Shown: positions 47,396 to 56,736, numbered from the stretch's first letter. The stretch: DNA of 64,000 bases from an uncultured Anaerolineales bacterium (GCA_964353865.1 CAYGXJ010000004.1:10782-74781); one strand, 5' to 3'. Notes: generated from the sequence alone by a model not told the origin. Numbers and translations are program-made.

Positions 47396-47991
47396 TCGCT
47401 GCCCCCCGCCGCGGTCCGCAGGTCGCCATTGAATCGAGTCATCGCCGCGTCCAGCCCGTGTTCGAGGACGGTGTGCAACGCCTCGCTCGCACGCGCAATG
47501 ACCGCGGCCACCTCCGTCTGCTCCTGGTGATCGAAGTCCTGCAAGACGTAGTCCGCCGCCACCATCACCCCCGGCGGGCGGCTCACGCCGATGCGCAGGC
47601 GAGGAAACGACTGGCTGCCGAGAGCGGTGATGATCGAGCGCAGTCCGCGATGACCGCCCGAACCCCCAAAGGGACGCAGGCGCAAGGTCCCAAGCGGCAG
47701 ATCGATGTCGTCCGCGCACACCAGCAGATTCTCGAGCGGAACGCGGAAAAAGCGAACCAACGCCGCGACCGATCCGCCGCTCAGGTTCATGTAGGTCTGA
47801 GGCTTGGCCAGAATCACTTTGCGGCCGAGCGGGTTCCCGCTCGCAATGAACGCCTCGAATCGCTGGCGTGAGAAGGAGAGCGCCAGGCTTTGCGCCAGGT
47901 GGTCCACAGTGCGGAACCCGACATTGTGGCGCGTTGCGGAGTGCTCGCGGCCAGGGTTGCCCAGCCCGATGATGAGAGTGACCTCGTCCAT
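47392..47991 (-). CDS. pth: peptidyl-tRNA hydrolase
   Basis: LIIGLGNPG...TRHNVGF signature. 199 aa. Confidence 0.9.
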   Translation of the reverse strand: MDEVTLIIGLGNPGREHSATRHNVGFRTVDHLAQSLALSFSRQRFEAFIASGNPLGRKVILAKPQTYMNLSGGSVAALVRFFRVPLENLLVCADDIDLPLGTLRLRPFGGSGGHRGLRSIITALGSQSFPRLRIGVSRPPGVMVAADYVLQDFDHQEQTEVAAVIARASEALHTVLEHGLDAAMTRFNGDLRTAAGGSE

Positions 47992-48128
47992 CGATGCCTT
48001 TCATGCCGGCCGGCTGCGATCTGCAAGCTCAGCCGGCGGCGAGTTACGGGCCAAATGCTTCGCGCCCCAGGACGTGACGGGACGGGCGTCCGCGCCAAGC
48101 CTACTGGGGCTCATCGCACAAACATGCA

Positions 48129-48137
48129 AGTTTAGCA
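48129..48137 (-). promoter_or_regulatory. extended -10 (TGcTAAACT, minus strand), candidate pth-mfd promoter
   Basis: Reads tgTGCTAAACTtgcat on the minus strand, about 130 nt upstream of the pth ATG, inside an imperfect palindrome. Confidence 0.3.
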
Positions 48138-48195
48138 CAGTCCACGGTGCACTTTGCATTCGTTTGGGGGGATTTTGGGGGAGGCCGCGATCGAG

Positions 48196-48204
48196 TGGTA
48201 AACT
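48196..48204 (+). promoter_or_regulatory. extended -10 (TGgTAAACT), 6 nt upstream of the hemW ATG (leaderless candidate)
   Basis: gagTGGTAAACTcgccgcATG. Confidence 0.4.
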
Positions 48205-48210
48205 CGCCGC

Positions 48211-49389
48211 ATGCACAGCCTGTATGTGCACATTCCATTCTGTCGGCATCGCTGCGGCTACTGCGATTTCAACACCTACAGCGGCCTGGACTCCCTCATT
48301 CCAAGCTACGTCGAGGCGTTGTCGAAGGAGATTCGCGAGGTCGGCAGCCAGGGTGATGGGCCCTCGGTGCACACCCTCTTCTTCGGCGGAGGGACTCCCT
48401 CGCTGCTCACGGTCGGTCAGATGGGCGATTTGATCGGGGCCATCCGTCACTCGTTCTCGATCGAGGCCGATGCGGAGATCACTCTGGAGGCCAATCCCAA
48501 CGGGTTGACGGAGGGGTACCTGTCGGAATTGCTGCTCCTCGGGATCAATCGCATCAGCTTGGGCGTCCAGTCCATTCACCCCGCCGAATTAGCCGTGCTC
48601 GAGCGCGAGCACGGGATCGACCTGGTCGTCTCAAGCGTGCGCACCGCGCGGGCCGCCGGGTTCGCCAATCTGAGCCTGGATCTGATATATGGGATTCCGG
48701 GTCAAACGCTCGATACATGGGAGCAGACACTCACGCGCGTGCTCGCCCTCGAACCCGACCACCTTTCCCTCTACGCGCTTACGCTCGAAGTCGGGACGCG
48801 GCTGCGCCGCGAAGTGCGCGCCGGGCGGGTCGCGACGCCGGATGATGACCTGGCGGCCGAGATGTACGAGCAAGCGGGGGAACGGCTGGCGCGGAACGGC
48901 TTCGCCCAATACGAGATATCCAATTGGGCGCGGCGCACGGCTGGGCCGGAGGCATGGCGCTTTGCGAGCCGGCACAATCTTCAATACTGGCGCAACCTGC
49001 CGTACTTCGGAGTGGGAGGCGGGGCGCACGGTTACCTAGACGGACGCAGGTATTCCAACGTCCTGGCTCCTGCGACGTACATCCGCCGGATGAATTTGGG
49101 GGCGTCACGTGGCTGGCCCCTCTCACGCGCGGCGGCGCGCAGCGAGATACTCTCGAGCGACGAGGCGATGCGTCAGTCGATGTGGCTGGGGCTGCGGCTC
49201 ACCGAGGAAGGGGTGCCGGTCGCAGGCTTCAATCAGCGATTTGGCGTCTCGCCCGACGCGCGTTTCGGGCGAGAAATCGATGAACTTCTCGCGCGTGGGC
49301 TGATCGAACGTCAGGCGGAACCGGACCGACTTCGGCTGACGGAACACGGCCGCCTGCTGGCGAACCAGGTCTTTGTCCGCTTTGTCTGA
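48211..49389 (+). CDS. hemW: radical-SAM heme chaperone HemW / oxygen-independent coproporphyrinogen oxidase-like protein
   Basis: LYVHIPFCRHRCGYCDF (CX3CX2C), FFGGGTPS. 392 aa. Confidence 0.85.
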   Translation: MHSLYVHIPFCRHRCGYCDFNTYSGLDSLIPSYVEALSKEIREVGSQGDGPSVHTLFFGGGTPSLLTVGQMGDLIGAIRHSFSIEADAEITLEANPNGLTEGYLSELLLLGINRISLGVQSIHPAELAVLEREHGIDLVVSSVRTARAAGFANLSLDLIYGIPGQTLDTWEQTLTRVLALEPDHLSLYALTLEVGTRLRREVRAGRVATPDDDLAAEMYEQAGERLARNGFAQYEISNWARRTAGPEAWRFASRHNLQYWRNLPYFGVGGGAHGYLDGRRYSNVLAPATYIRRMNLGASRGWPLSRAAARSEILSSDEAMRQSMWLGLRLTEEGVPVAGFNQRFGVSPDARFGREIDELLARGLIERQAEPDRLRLTEHGRLLANQVFVRFV

Positions 49390-49403
49390 GCCTCGCCATC
49401 GAG

Positions 49404-50408
49404 TTACTTATCGCGGGTCAGCAGCGATGCCGTCAACTCTCTGAGCGCCGAGTCGTATTCAGGCAGAAGCGCTGCGCCCCCGATGGCGGCGTAAGCGCGT
49501 TCAGTCATGCGCGCCCCCTCGGCCAATGCGAATGTGCGAGCGCCGCACGTCTCAAGCGAAGCCAACATCCGCGGGACCAGCGCGGCGGCAAACGGCTCGG
49601 CGAGGAGCGCCCGAAATTCCGCGCAGCGCTCGAGGCCGAACACAATCGGCAGGCTCTTCTTGCGGCTCTCGAGGTCGGTCGTGGCCGACTTGCCGGTCAC
49701 TGCCGGGTCCCCCCACAGCCCGAGCACATCGTCCCGCACTTGGAACGCGAGCCCGAGGTGCAGTCCGAAGTCTGCCAGGGTATCCGCTTGCGCGGCGGAG
49801 GCTCCGCCGGCCAGGCCACCTGCCAGGCACGCGGCAGCGATCAACGCGCCCGTCTTGGCCATGACCATCTGCCAATAGAAGTCGAGCGAGGCTTGGGCCG
49901 CGTCTTCTGCCTTGAGGTCGAGGTGCTGACCGTGAGTCAATTCCAGGCAGGCGCGGGTGAGCACCAAGAGCACTTCGGCCCGCGTTGCCGGCGCAAGCGC
50001 TCCGCGCTCACTTTCCAGGATAGCCAATGAGGCAGCCGCGAAAAGGGCATCCCCGGCATTGATCGCCTGAGCGGCGCCCCAGCGCTTCCAGACCGTCTCG
50101 CGACCCCGCCGGGTCGGGCTTTCGTCTTGGATGTCGTCGTGCACCAGTGAGAAGTTGTGAATGAATTCCACCGAGGCGGCCACCGGGAGCGCGCGACGCC
50201 AGTCGCCGCACACGCCGCCGCAGGCCAGCAGCGTCAGAATGGGCCGGATGCGCTTGCCCGTCGCGGCAAAGCCCGCGCCCGGGCCGGACCAGCCCATGTG
50301 ATAGGTCAACATCTCCGACAGGTCTGACCCCAGACGCGAGCCGCAGCGCTGGACGGCCTCGCGCAGCTCCTGTTCGACGGCCGGCAGCATCTCCTGCACC
50401 AGACTCAT
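49404..50408 (-). CDS. polyprenyl diphosphate synthase (GGPP-synthase-like)
   Basis: FARM LVHDDIQD and second Asp-rich motif FQVRDDVLG. ATG 50408 is 5 nt after the fni stop. The ORF-track N-extension was rejected. Confidence 0.8.
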   Translation of the reverse strand: MSLVQEMLPAVEQELREAVQRCGSRLGSDLSEMLTYHMGWSGPGAGFAATGKRIRPILTLLACGGVCGDWRRALPVAASVEFIHNFSLVHDDIQDESPTRRGRETVWKRWGAAQAINAGDALFAAASLAILESERGALAPATRAEVLLVLTRACLELTHGQHLDLKAEDAAQASLDFYWQMVMAKTGALIAAACLAGGLAGGASAAQADTLADFGLHLGLAFQVRDDVLGLWGDPAVTGKSATTDLESRKKSLPIVFGLERCAEFRALLAEPFAAALVPRMLASLETCGARTFALAEGARMTERAYAAIGGAALLPEYDSALRELTASLLTRDK

Positions 50409-50413
50409 TCGAT

Positions 50414-51442
50414 TTACTCTTTGATCAGGAGTGTGCGCTGCAATTCTGCAATCGAGCCCACGCCGGCGGCGAACATGGTGATGCGCATCTGCTGAGCCAT
50501 GAGTCGGATTTCCTTGATCGTGGCCTCCAGCGACACGCAGGCAGCCTTGAGGAAGGGATGGGCGCTGCCCGCCAGGTTTGCGCCGAGGGCAATGCACTTG
50601 GCGGCTTCGATGCCGTTTCGGATTCCGCCGGAGGCGATCAAAGGCAGCGACGGCAACTCGGCCCGACATTGCACCAAGGCCTCGGCGGTCGGAAGCCCCC
50701 AGTCGACGAAGTCGCCTGCCAAACGAGCCACGTCCGGGTCGGTCGCGCGGTGCATTTCAACTTGCGACCAGGAGGTGCCGCCTGACCCGGCGACGTCCAC
50801 GGCCGCCACGCCCGCATCGGCCAGCCAGCGCGCCACCTTGCCCGAAATCCCCCAACCCACTTCCTTGACCACAACGGGAACTGGCAGGGCGCGACAAACC
50901 TGGCCGATCTTCGACAGCAGGTTCGAGAAGTCGTGGTCGCCTTCCGGCTGGAGCGCCTCCTGCAAGGCGTTGAGGTGCAAGATGAGTGCGTCGGCGCGGA
51001 TCATTTCGACCGCGCGTTGACACTCCGACACACCCGCCCCGTGGTTGAGTTGGACGGCGCCCAGGTTAGCCAGCAGCATGGCCGTGGGGGCCACATCTCG
51101 GACTTGAAAGGAGCGCGCGGCGCGTTCGTCTTCGAGCGCCACGCGTTGCGAACCCAGGCCGATGGCGATTCCGGTGAGTTCGGCCGCCTCGGCCAGCACG
51201 CGGTTGATGGCTTGCGCCTGTTCGGTCCCGCCGGTCATGGAGGAGATGAGCAAGGGCGCGCGCAGCTCGTGGGCGAGGAACACGCTGCCCAGGTTCACCT
51301 GGTCAAGGCTGCGCTCCGGCAGCGCCTGGTGCACGAAGCGATACCGTTCCAGGCCGGTCGTCAGCCCGGATTGCACGTCTTGGGTGAGATTAATGCGGAT
51401 GTGGTCTGCCTTGCGCGAGGCAGTTGGCGCAACTTCGGGCAT
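50414..51442 (-). CDS. fni: type 2 isopentenyl-diphosphate delta-isomerase (FMN-dependent)
   Basis: N-terminus RKADHIRI, SSMTGG, and a TIM-barrel GGIRNG-type C-terminus. 342 aa. Confidence 0.85.
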   Translation of the reverse strand: MPEVAPTASRKADHIRINLTQDVQSGLTTGLERYRFVHQALPERSLDQVNLGSVFLAHELRAPLLISSMTGGTEQAQAINRVLAEAAELTGIAIGLGSQRVALEDERAARSFQVRDVAPTAMLLANLGAVQLNHGAGVSECQRAVEMIRADALILHLNALQEALQPEGDHDFSNLLSKIGQVCRALPVPVVVKEVGWGISGKVARWLADAGVAAVDVAGSGGTSWSQVEMHRATDPDVARLAGDFVDWGLPTAEALVQCRAELPSLPLIASGGIRNGIEAAKCIALGANLAGSAHPFLKAACVSLEATIKEIRLMAQQMRITMFAAGVGSIAELQRTLLIKE

Positions 51443-51474
51443 GGCCTGGGGTTCCTTAAACAGCTATCCGATTC

Positions 51475-51503
51475 ATGTTACCAGCCGGTCGGAGGGGTGT
51501 CAA
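51475..51503 (-). promoter_or_regulatory. sigma-70-like promoter TTGACA-17nt-TAACAT (minus strand) for fni-polyprenyl synthase
   Basis: Perfect -35 and 17-nt spacer. About 30-nt leader with an AAGGA SD before ATG 51442. Confidence 0.5.
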
Positions 51504-51520
51504 ACAGCGCGGCCCGTCCC

Positions 51521-51549
51521 TTGACCCGCACCGCGCATGCGCTTAGAAT
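51521..51549 (+). promoter_or_regulatory. sigma-70-like promoter TTGACC-17nt-TAGAAT for acpP
   Basis: Divergent from the fni promoter. About 85-nt leader, with an AGGGAGG SD before ATG 51639. Confidence 0.5.
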
Positions 51550-51638
51550 CAGTCGACCGCCTGGACCCGAGAGTTACACCCTCCGGCATATCCGGCACCT
51601 ATCTCGGCAGTGTGGTCCGCACAAGGGAGGATACTCTG

Positions 51639-51881
51639 ATGGCAGAAGCCACGTTTGAATCCGTTCGCGCGATCATTGCGGAGCTGTTGGGCGTTGAGTC
51701 TGAAAAAGTAACCGAAACCGCCCGCTTCCGCGAGGACCTGGGTGCGGACTCGCTCGACCTGGTGGAATTGATCATGGCCTTCGAGGAGAAGTTCGGCGCC
51801 GAAATCTCCGATGAGGATGCGCAGAAGATCACGACCGTCGCGGAGGCGGTCAAGTACATCGCCTCGCGCTCGCCGAAATAG
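51639..51881 (+). CDS. acpP: acyl carrier protein
   Basis: 80 aa. [11 protein letters not shown] phosphopantetheine-attachment motif. Confidence 0.9.
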   Translation: MAEATFESVRAIIAELLGVESEKVTETARFREDLGADSLDLVELIMAFEEKFGAEISDEDAQKITTVAEAVKYIASRSPK

Positions 51882-51891
51882 GCGGGCGGGG

Positions 51892-51912
51892 GGCTTGCGC
51901 CAGGCGCAAGCC
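51892..51912 (+). terminator. GC-rich hairpin 10 nt after the acpP stop
   Basis: ggcttgcgc-cag-gcgcaagcc. No clear U-tract. Confidence 0.4.
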
Positions 51913-51937
51913 AGTCGGTGGACTTTTGCGAAAAGCA

Positions 51938-51972
51938 GCGGGCGAGGTCTCCTCGGCGGAGGCCTCGCCCGC
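51938..51972. terminator. 10-bp-stem hairpin between convergent acpP and thyX
   Basis: gcgggcgagg ... cctcgcccgc, followed by tcttgatt on the plus strand. Confidence 0.45.
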
Positions 51973-52019
51973 TCTTGATTCCTCGACAGGCCGTCCCAAC
52001 CGTCGATGGAACTCCAGGG

Positions 52020-53459
52020 TCAAGATGGCAGGAAGCAGTCGGCCTCCAGGGATCTCCAGTCGGGCAGGCCTTCAAGGCGCATCCAGCCGCCGAGCAGGGG
52101 ATGGACCTGGCGCACGAGTTCGGCGAGGTGCAATGCGACGACCCGCATGGCGAAGTGCGCATTGGGGCGCGCTCGCAGCTCGCACAGATGAAAGGCCTCT
52201 CGCAGGTTAAGAGTCATCAGGAACCGACGCAAGTACCCGTTGGGAACGACGTACCCGGCGAGGGCCGGGTTCTGGCGGGCGATCTTCTCGCAGGTGTCAC
52301 GCGCCGCGTCCATGGCCCGCCGGTAGTGGTCAAGCAGGTTGGCCTCGGCCATCCAACGCGGAGTGACATAGCCCAGCTCGCAGGTGAGCGGCGCGCTGGT
52401 CAGGCTGAGCATGCGGTGGCGCTTGGCCTCGAAGTAGGCCCCCTGGTCGGCCACCACCTCGACCGTGTAGGTCACGTGCTCAATTTCACGCGAGGGGTGG
52501 TCCCACTGCCCCATGTCCCCCAGCAGAACCTGGGCGGCGGCGCGGCGCCTCTCGGGTGAGGCCTCCATCGCGCGCAGCGCCTGCGGATAGGCCAGACCTT
52601 GAGTGCGGACGATGGCCGCTGCCAGCGCACGCGCTTCTGCGGCTGCATCCGCATGACGCAGAAAGACAGCGCCCGCCGGGCCGAAGGCCTCCGCCGAGGC
52701 CCCGCCCGAGATGTCGTGCTGCATGGGTGCCGGGTTCGTCTGCGCCAGACGGCTCAGATAGGGGCTGGCCTGGGCGTATTTGACGAGGGTCGGCACCTCC
52801 CGCTGGGCCACCCGGCGCACATCTTCGCCAATGTCGCGCACCTCGCCCACGGGGTGGGAGAGCATCTTGCGAATAGCATGCTCGAGCGCGCGCGCGTTGA
52901 GGGTCACACCCACGTTGGCAATGACCGCGCTCGGCAAAAGGTAGCGCGCCACATCCACGTAGTGCGAACGGATCCGGCCGTCCCAGCGCGCCTCGCTTTC
53001 GCCGTCCTCGCGTGGGAATGCGGACTGGGCCACCTTCTTGAGAGGATCGAGCGACTGCAAGTAGGTATCCAGCAGAAGCTCGCACGTCTGCCGATACAGG
53101 TTGTCGAGCGGTGCGCCGCGGATCTCCGCGGGTACCACGAAGGCAGTGCGATTCCACATTTGGTAGCGCGTGCTCTTCTCGGTGTAGGAAGCCAGACGGT
53201 TGGACTCGACGCATTCGATGGCCAGGCGCGAAATGTTCTCGAGCGCGATGTGCAAAACGGCGTGTTCTGCCACCGAGGCATGGCCGTAGCCCACCACCCA
53301 CCGTTCGTGGAATTGGGCAGAAGCTTCCTCGCTCAGCGCGGAGGCGATAACGTCGAAGGACTCCGGAGAGCGGGAGGTCTTGGCGAAAGCGACGGCGATG
53401 GTCTCTGGGGAAAGCGAGCGCGGGCTCAGAAGATATACGCGCCGGTCCTGACCACTCAT
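52020..53459 (-). CDS. thyX: tandem-domain flavin-dependent thymidylate synthase (ThyX-like pseudo-dimer)
   Basis: The N-half is ThyX-like but reads SNRLASYTEKSTRY. The C-half carries the ThyX signature RHRMLS. ATG 53459 follows GGGAGGGG. 479 aa. Confidence 0.7.
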   Translation of the reverse strand: MSGQDRRVYLLSPRSLSPETIAVAFAKTSRSPESFDVIASALSEEASAQFHERWVVGYGHASVAEHAVLHIALENISRLAIECVESNRLASYTEKSTRYQMWNRTAFVVPAEIRGAPLDNLYRQTCELLLDTYLQSLDPLKKVAQSAFPREDGESEARWDGRIRSHYVDVARYLLPSAVIANVGVTLNARALEHAIRKMLSHPVGEVRDIGEDVRRVAQREVPTLVKYAQASPYLSRLAQTNPAPMQHDISGGASAEAFGPAGAVFLRHADAAAEARALAAAIVRTQGLAYPQALRAMEASPERRRAAAQVLLGDMGQWDHPSREIEHVTYTVEVVADQGAYFEAKRHRMLSLTSAPLTCELGYVTPRWMAEANLLDHYRRAMDAARDTCEKIARQNPALAGYVVPNGYLRRFLMTLNLREAFHLCELRARPNAHFAMRVVALHLAELVRQVHPLLGGWMRLEGLPDWRSLEADCFLPS

Positions 53460-53485
53460 GGCCCCTCCCTCTCTGACGGTCCTTG

Positions 53486-53506
53486 GCGCGAAATCCCGGG
53501 TTCGCA
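53486..53506. repeat. imperfect palindrome resembling the rseP-leader inverted repeat
   Basis: gcgcgaaatcccgggttcgca here, versus tcgcgaaatcgatcccggatttcgca at 19158-19183. Confidence 0.35.
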
Positions 53507-53550
53507 TTGCGGCCGCGGCGCTGTCGGGCGGCCTTGAAGACTCACGACGA

Positions 53551-54480
53551 TCAGCTCGAGCTGCGCAGGAGTGTGCGGGTCTGCTCGATATCTGCGCGAA
53601 TTTGCTGCAGCAGCGCTTCCACGCCGGCGAACTTCAATTCGGCCCGCAGCCGAGCGACGAAGGTCACAGTCAGAGGCTGACCGTAAAGATCTTCATCGAA
53701 ATCGAGGATGTGGGTCTCGACCACTTGCTCCTCGGGCTGGCCGGCGAACGTCGGGCGGACGCCGATGTTGGTGACGCTTGCCAGGCGCCGCACGCCCACC
53801 TCGGCCCATGTGGCGTACACGCCTCGCGCGGGCACTGCCCGCGCCTCCCACACGGCCACATTGGCCGTGGGGAATCCGAGCGTTGCCCCTCGTTGCGCGC
53901 CGTGGACAACTTGACCTGTGAGGGTAAAGGGCCGTCCCAGGCAGCGGCTGACTTCAGCCATGTCGCCCTCGCTCAGTGCGAGCCGGATGCGGGTGGAGGA
54001 GATGGGCGCCCCATCGTCGATGAGCGGGTCAACGAAGTGCACCTCGAAGCCCAATTGGGCGCCCGCCCGAGTGAGGTACTCCCGACCGCCCTCCCGATTG
54101 TGACCCAGGGCGAAATCCATCCCCGCCCATAGCGAGCGCATCCCCAAGTCGGAAACCAGGCGCGAGATGATGTCGGTGGCACTCGTATGCGAGAACTCGA
54201 GGGTAAACGGATGCGTGATGACGACTTCCACCCCGAGTTTCGCCAGCCGTGCGGCACGTTCTTCGGGCGTCGTGAGATAGAGCGTGGAAGAACGCCGGCC
54301 GAGGACGACTGAGGGGTGCGGAAAGAAAGTGAGCACGGTGGGCGTGCTCCCTTGGGCATGAGCCTCGGCCACCATGGAACGCACCAAGTGCTGGTGGCCG
54401 CGGTGGACGCCGTCGAACGACCCCACAGCCAAGAAGGCTTTCTGCAATCGGACACCGTCAAGCGTTGGGAAGTGCTGCAT
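53551..54480 (-). CDS. ribF: bifunctional riboflavin kinase / FAD synthetase
   Basis: GSFDGVHRGH N-terminal motif and C-terminal riboflavin-kinase PTAN block (GFPTANV). 309 aa. Confidence 0.9.
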   Translation of the reverse strand: MQHFPTLDGVRLQKAFLAVGSFDGVHRGHQHLVRSMVAEAHAQGSTPTVLTFFPHPSVVLGRRSSTLYLTTPEERAARLAKLGVEVVITHPFTLEFSHTSATDIISRLVSDLGMRSLWAGMDFALGHNREGGREYLTRAGAQLGFEVHFVDPLIDDGAPISSTRIRLALSEGDMAEVSRCLGRPFTLTGQVVHGAQRGATLGFPTANVAVWEARAVPARGVYATWAEVGVRRLASVTNIGVRPTFAGQPEEQVVETHILDFDEDLYGQPLTVTFVARLRAELKFAGVEALLQQIRADIEQTRTLLRSSS

Positions 54481-54486
54481 CGAACC

Positions 54487-55368
54487 TCAAGCTTGGGTCA
54501 GGACTTTTCGTGGCAGCCAGTGCCGCCCCTCGGTATCGGCCTCGACGATGGCCACCAACTCGCCATCGGGGTCGGCCGCCTGGGCCCTCCCCTTGGCGTC
54601 GGCGGCTTCAATGGCCATGCCGCGCTGCACCATGGCGACCTGTTCGGGGGTCAGTTCAAGCAGGTGCCAGCCTTGCAGTACGGCTGTGGCCGGCAACGCG
54701 ATGCTCGGCCAGGTGGGCGGGGCGAAGCGTGCTCGCAGTTCGTCAAGAGCAATGGCTTGGTCGATCGTGAAGGGGCCCAGGCGCAGGCGACGCAGAGACT
54801 CCAGATGCGCCGGCGACCCCAGCCGCTCGCCCAAATCGCGCGCCAGCGAGCGCAGATAGGTTCCGCGCGAGCAGCGCACCCGGATGCGGGCCTGCGGCGC
54901 CTCCCAGCCCAGCAGCTCGATGCGATAGATGCGAATCATGCGCGGCTCGAGATCGACCACTTCGCCTTTGCGCGCCAGCTCGTAGGCCTTGCGCCCTTCA
55001 ATCTTGACCGCCGAATAAGCAGGAGGCGTCTGAAGCGATTCTCCCTCGAAGGAGGCCAAAGCCTGATCAAGCGCATCGCCCGTGAAGGCCACCGGCCCGG
55101 AGGCCGTCACTTGCCCGGCCGCGTCGTGGGTCGAGGTGGATTGCCCGAAACGTACGACGGCTTCGTATTCCTTGTCGGATTCGAGGAGGTACTCGGCCAG
55201 ACGGGTGGCTCCGCCGAGCAGAACCACCAGCACGCCGCTTGCTGACGGGTCGAGAGTGCCGGTGTGGCCGGCTTTGCGGATGTGCGTGCCGCGCCGAACC
55301 ATGTTGACCACATCGTGCGACGTGGGGCCGACGGGCTTATCGACAATCAGGACTGCAGGCCGAGCCAC
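54487..55368 (-). CDS. truB: tRNA pseudouridine(55) synthase
   Basis: KPVGPTSHDVV and GHTGTLDP catalytic-Asp motif. Confidence 0.9.
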   Translation of the reverse strand: MARPAVLIVDKPVGPTSHDVVNMVRRGTHIRKAGHTGTLDPSASGVLVVLLGGATRLAEYLLESDKEYEAVVRFGQSTSTHDAAGQVTASGPVAFTGDALDQALASFEGESLQTPPAYSAVKIEGRKAYELARKGEVVDLEPRMIRIYRIELLGWEAPQARIRVRCSRGTYLRSLARDLGERLGSPAHLESLRRLRLGPFTIDQAIALDELRARFAPPTWPSIALPATAVLQGWHLLELTPEQVAMVQRGMAIEAADAKGRAQAADPDGELVAIVEADTEGRHWLPRKVLTQA

Positions 55369-55371
55369 CGA

Positions 55372-56355
55372 CTAGCCTCCACCGGGCAGCGGGGGAGAGT
55401 GCCCGCGCAGCCACTCGCGTGTCGCGGCGATAACCCGCGCTTGCACCTCGTCCAGTGCGCCCTGCACGGTTGCGCCCGCAGCCGCCGGGTGGCCGCCTCC
55501 GCCAAAGCGGGCTGCCAGCGCGCTGACGTCCGCCCCATTGCGTGCCCGCCAACTGACTTTGGTTCGCTCCAGGTCTTGCTCGACAAGAACTACAGCCACC
55601 TCCGTCCCTTCGATGGTGGACAGGATATTGATCAGGTCCGCATCGTCACGCCCGGGGTAGCCGGCCGCGGCGCGGTCGGCCAGGCTGAGCGCCGTCCACA
55701 CCAGCGTGTCGTCCTGCTGCAGGCGGGCCAGCCCGGCCGCCCAGTAGCGCGTCGCCGCGAAGCTGCGCCGGTACAAGCTGGCTTCGACGATTGCGGGCAG
55801 ATTGGCTCCGGCCTCCATCAGCCGGCGCGTGTTGGCCACCGTGCGCAGCCCGACGTTTGAGGTTCTGAAACCGAGCGTATCGCTGACCACGCCCGTCAGG
55901 AGGCAGGTGGCGGCCTGCGGGGAAAGCGCCAGCCCAAGTGCCTCGGCCAGTTCGCATACCACCTCGGCCGTCGCTGAAGCCTCGGCATCCACCAGATTGA
56001 CCTCGGCGAAGAGGGTATTGGTCAGATGGTGGTCGATGTTGACCGTTGCGGGGCACGGCAGCGGCGCGGCGAATTCGCCGATGCGATTGGCGTCCGAGCA
56101 ATCCAGTAACAGACACACATCGGCCGCGGCCGGCAGCTTGTCCGACACCAGCTCGCTCCCCGGAAGGAAGCGGAATGAGGCGGGCACACCGTCGCGGCTC
56201 ACGGCGCTCACGCGTCGCCCCGCCGCCTGAAGCATCCAGGCCATGCCCAGCAGAGACCCGAGCGCGTCGCCGTCGGGGCGTTCGTGCGTCAGCAGGAGGA
56301 TGTGGCCGGCCTCGTGCAGCGCTCGCCGCGCACGCTCGACGGTCCCCTTATCCAT
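55372..56355 (-). CDS. nrnA: DHH/DHHA1 phosphoesterase (NrnA-like oligoribonuclease/pAp phosphatase)
   Basis: HERPDGDALGS, NIDHH, and C-terminal GGGHPAAAG (DHHA1). Confidence 0.8.
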   Translation of the reverse strand: MDKGTVERARRALHEAGHILLLTHERPDGDALGSLLGMAWMLQAAGRRVSAVSRDGVPASFRFLPGSELVSDKLPAAADVCLLLDCSDANRIGEFAAPLPCPATVNIDHHLTNTLFAEVNLVDAEASATAEVVCELAEALGLALSPQAATCLLTGVVSDTLGFRTSNVGLRTVANTRRLMEAGANLPAIVEASLYRRSFAATRYWAAGLARLQQDDTLVWTALSLADRAAAGYPGRDDADLINILSTIEGTEVAVVLVEQDLERTKVSWRARNGADVSALAARFGGGGHPAAAGATVQGALDEVQARVIAATREWLRGHSPPLPGGG

Positions 56356-56731
56356 GTTTCTCCGCGGGGCGTGTGCCTTCGCCAGGATCCTTCAGCCGGT
56401 CGATCAAACCCTCCAGCCGCTCAGCGCGTTCCGGCGTGGGGTCCCAGTGGAACCGCAGCTGAGGGAATGTGCGCAGCGGGATGCGCGCCGCAAGTTCATG
56501 GCGCACGTGGCCGCGCGCGCCTTCCAGGGCCTTGAGGATCTCCTCCCGCCGGCCCGCATCCGCCTCGACCGCGCTCACGTACACGTCGGCAAAGGCGAAT
56601 TCGCGATCCACCCGCACGTCGGTGACCGACAGCCCCTGGAATCGCGGATCCACCAGGTCGCGCAACATGAGGTCGGCGATCTCCTGGCGGATTCGTTCGG
56701 CCACGCGCTGAGCGCGGGCAACACTTGGCAT
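56348..56731 (-). CDS. rbfA: ribosome-binding factor A
   Basis: RAQRVAERIRQEIADLM N-terminus typical of RbfA. ATG 56731 is 5 nt after the infB stop. GTG 56761 is an alternative start. Confidence 0.85.
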   Translation of the reverse strand: MPSVARAQRVAERIRQEIADLMLRDLVDPRFQGLSVTDVRVDREFAFADVYVSAVEADAGRREEILKALEGARGHVRHELAARIPLRTFPQLRFHWDPTPERAERLEGLIDRLKDPGEGTRPAEKHG

Positions 56732-56736
56732 CGGAC

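Noticed and set aside
43895-48004. 1369-aa version of Mfd from the ORF track.
   Set aside because: The first 200 or so codons overlap the pth gene in another frame and look like low-complexity read-through. A GTG at 47395 overlapping the pth stop gives a normal-length Mfd.
48164-48182. G-runs (tttggggggattttggggg) as a G-quadruplex.
   Set aside because: Only two G-tracts are present, and an intramolecular quadruplex needs four. They lie around the -35 position of the hemW promoter and are noted there instead.
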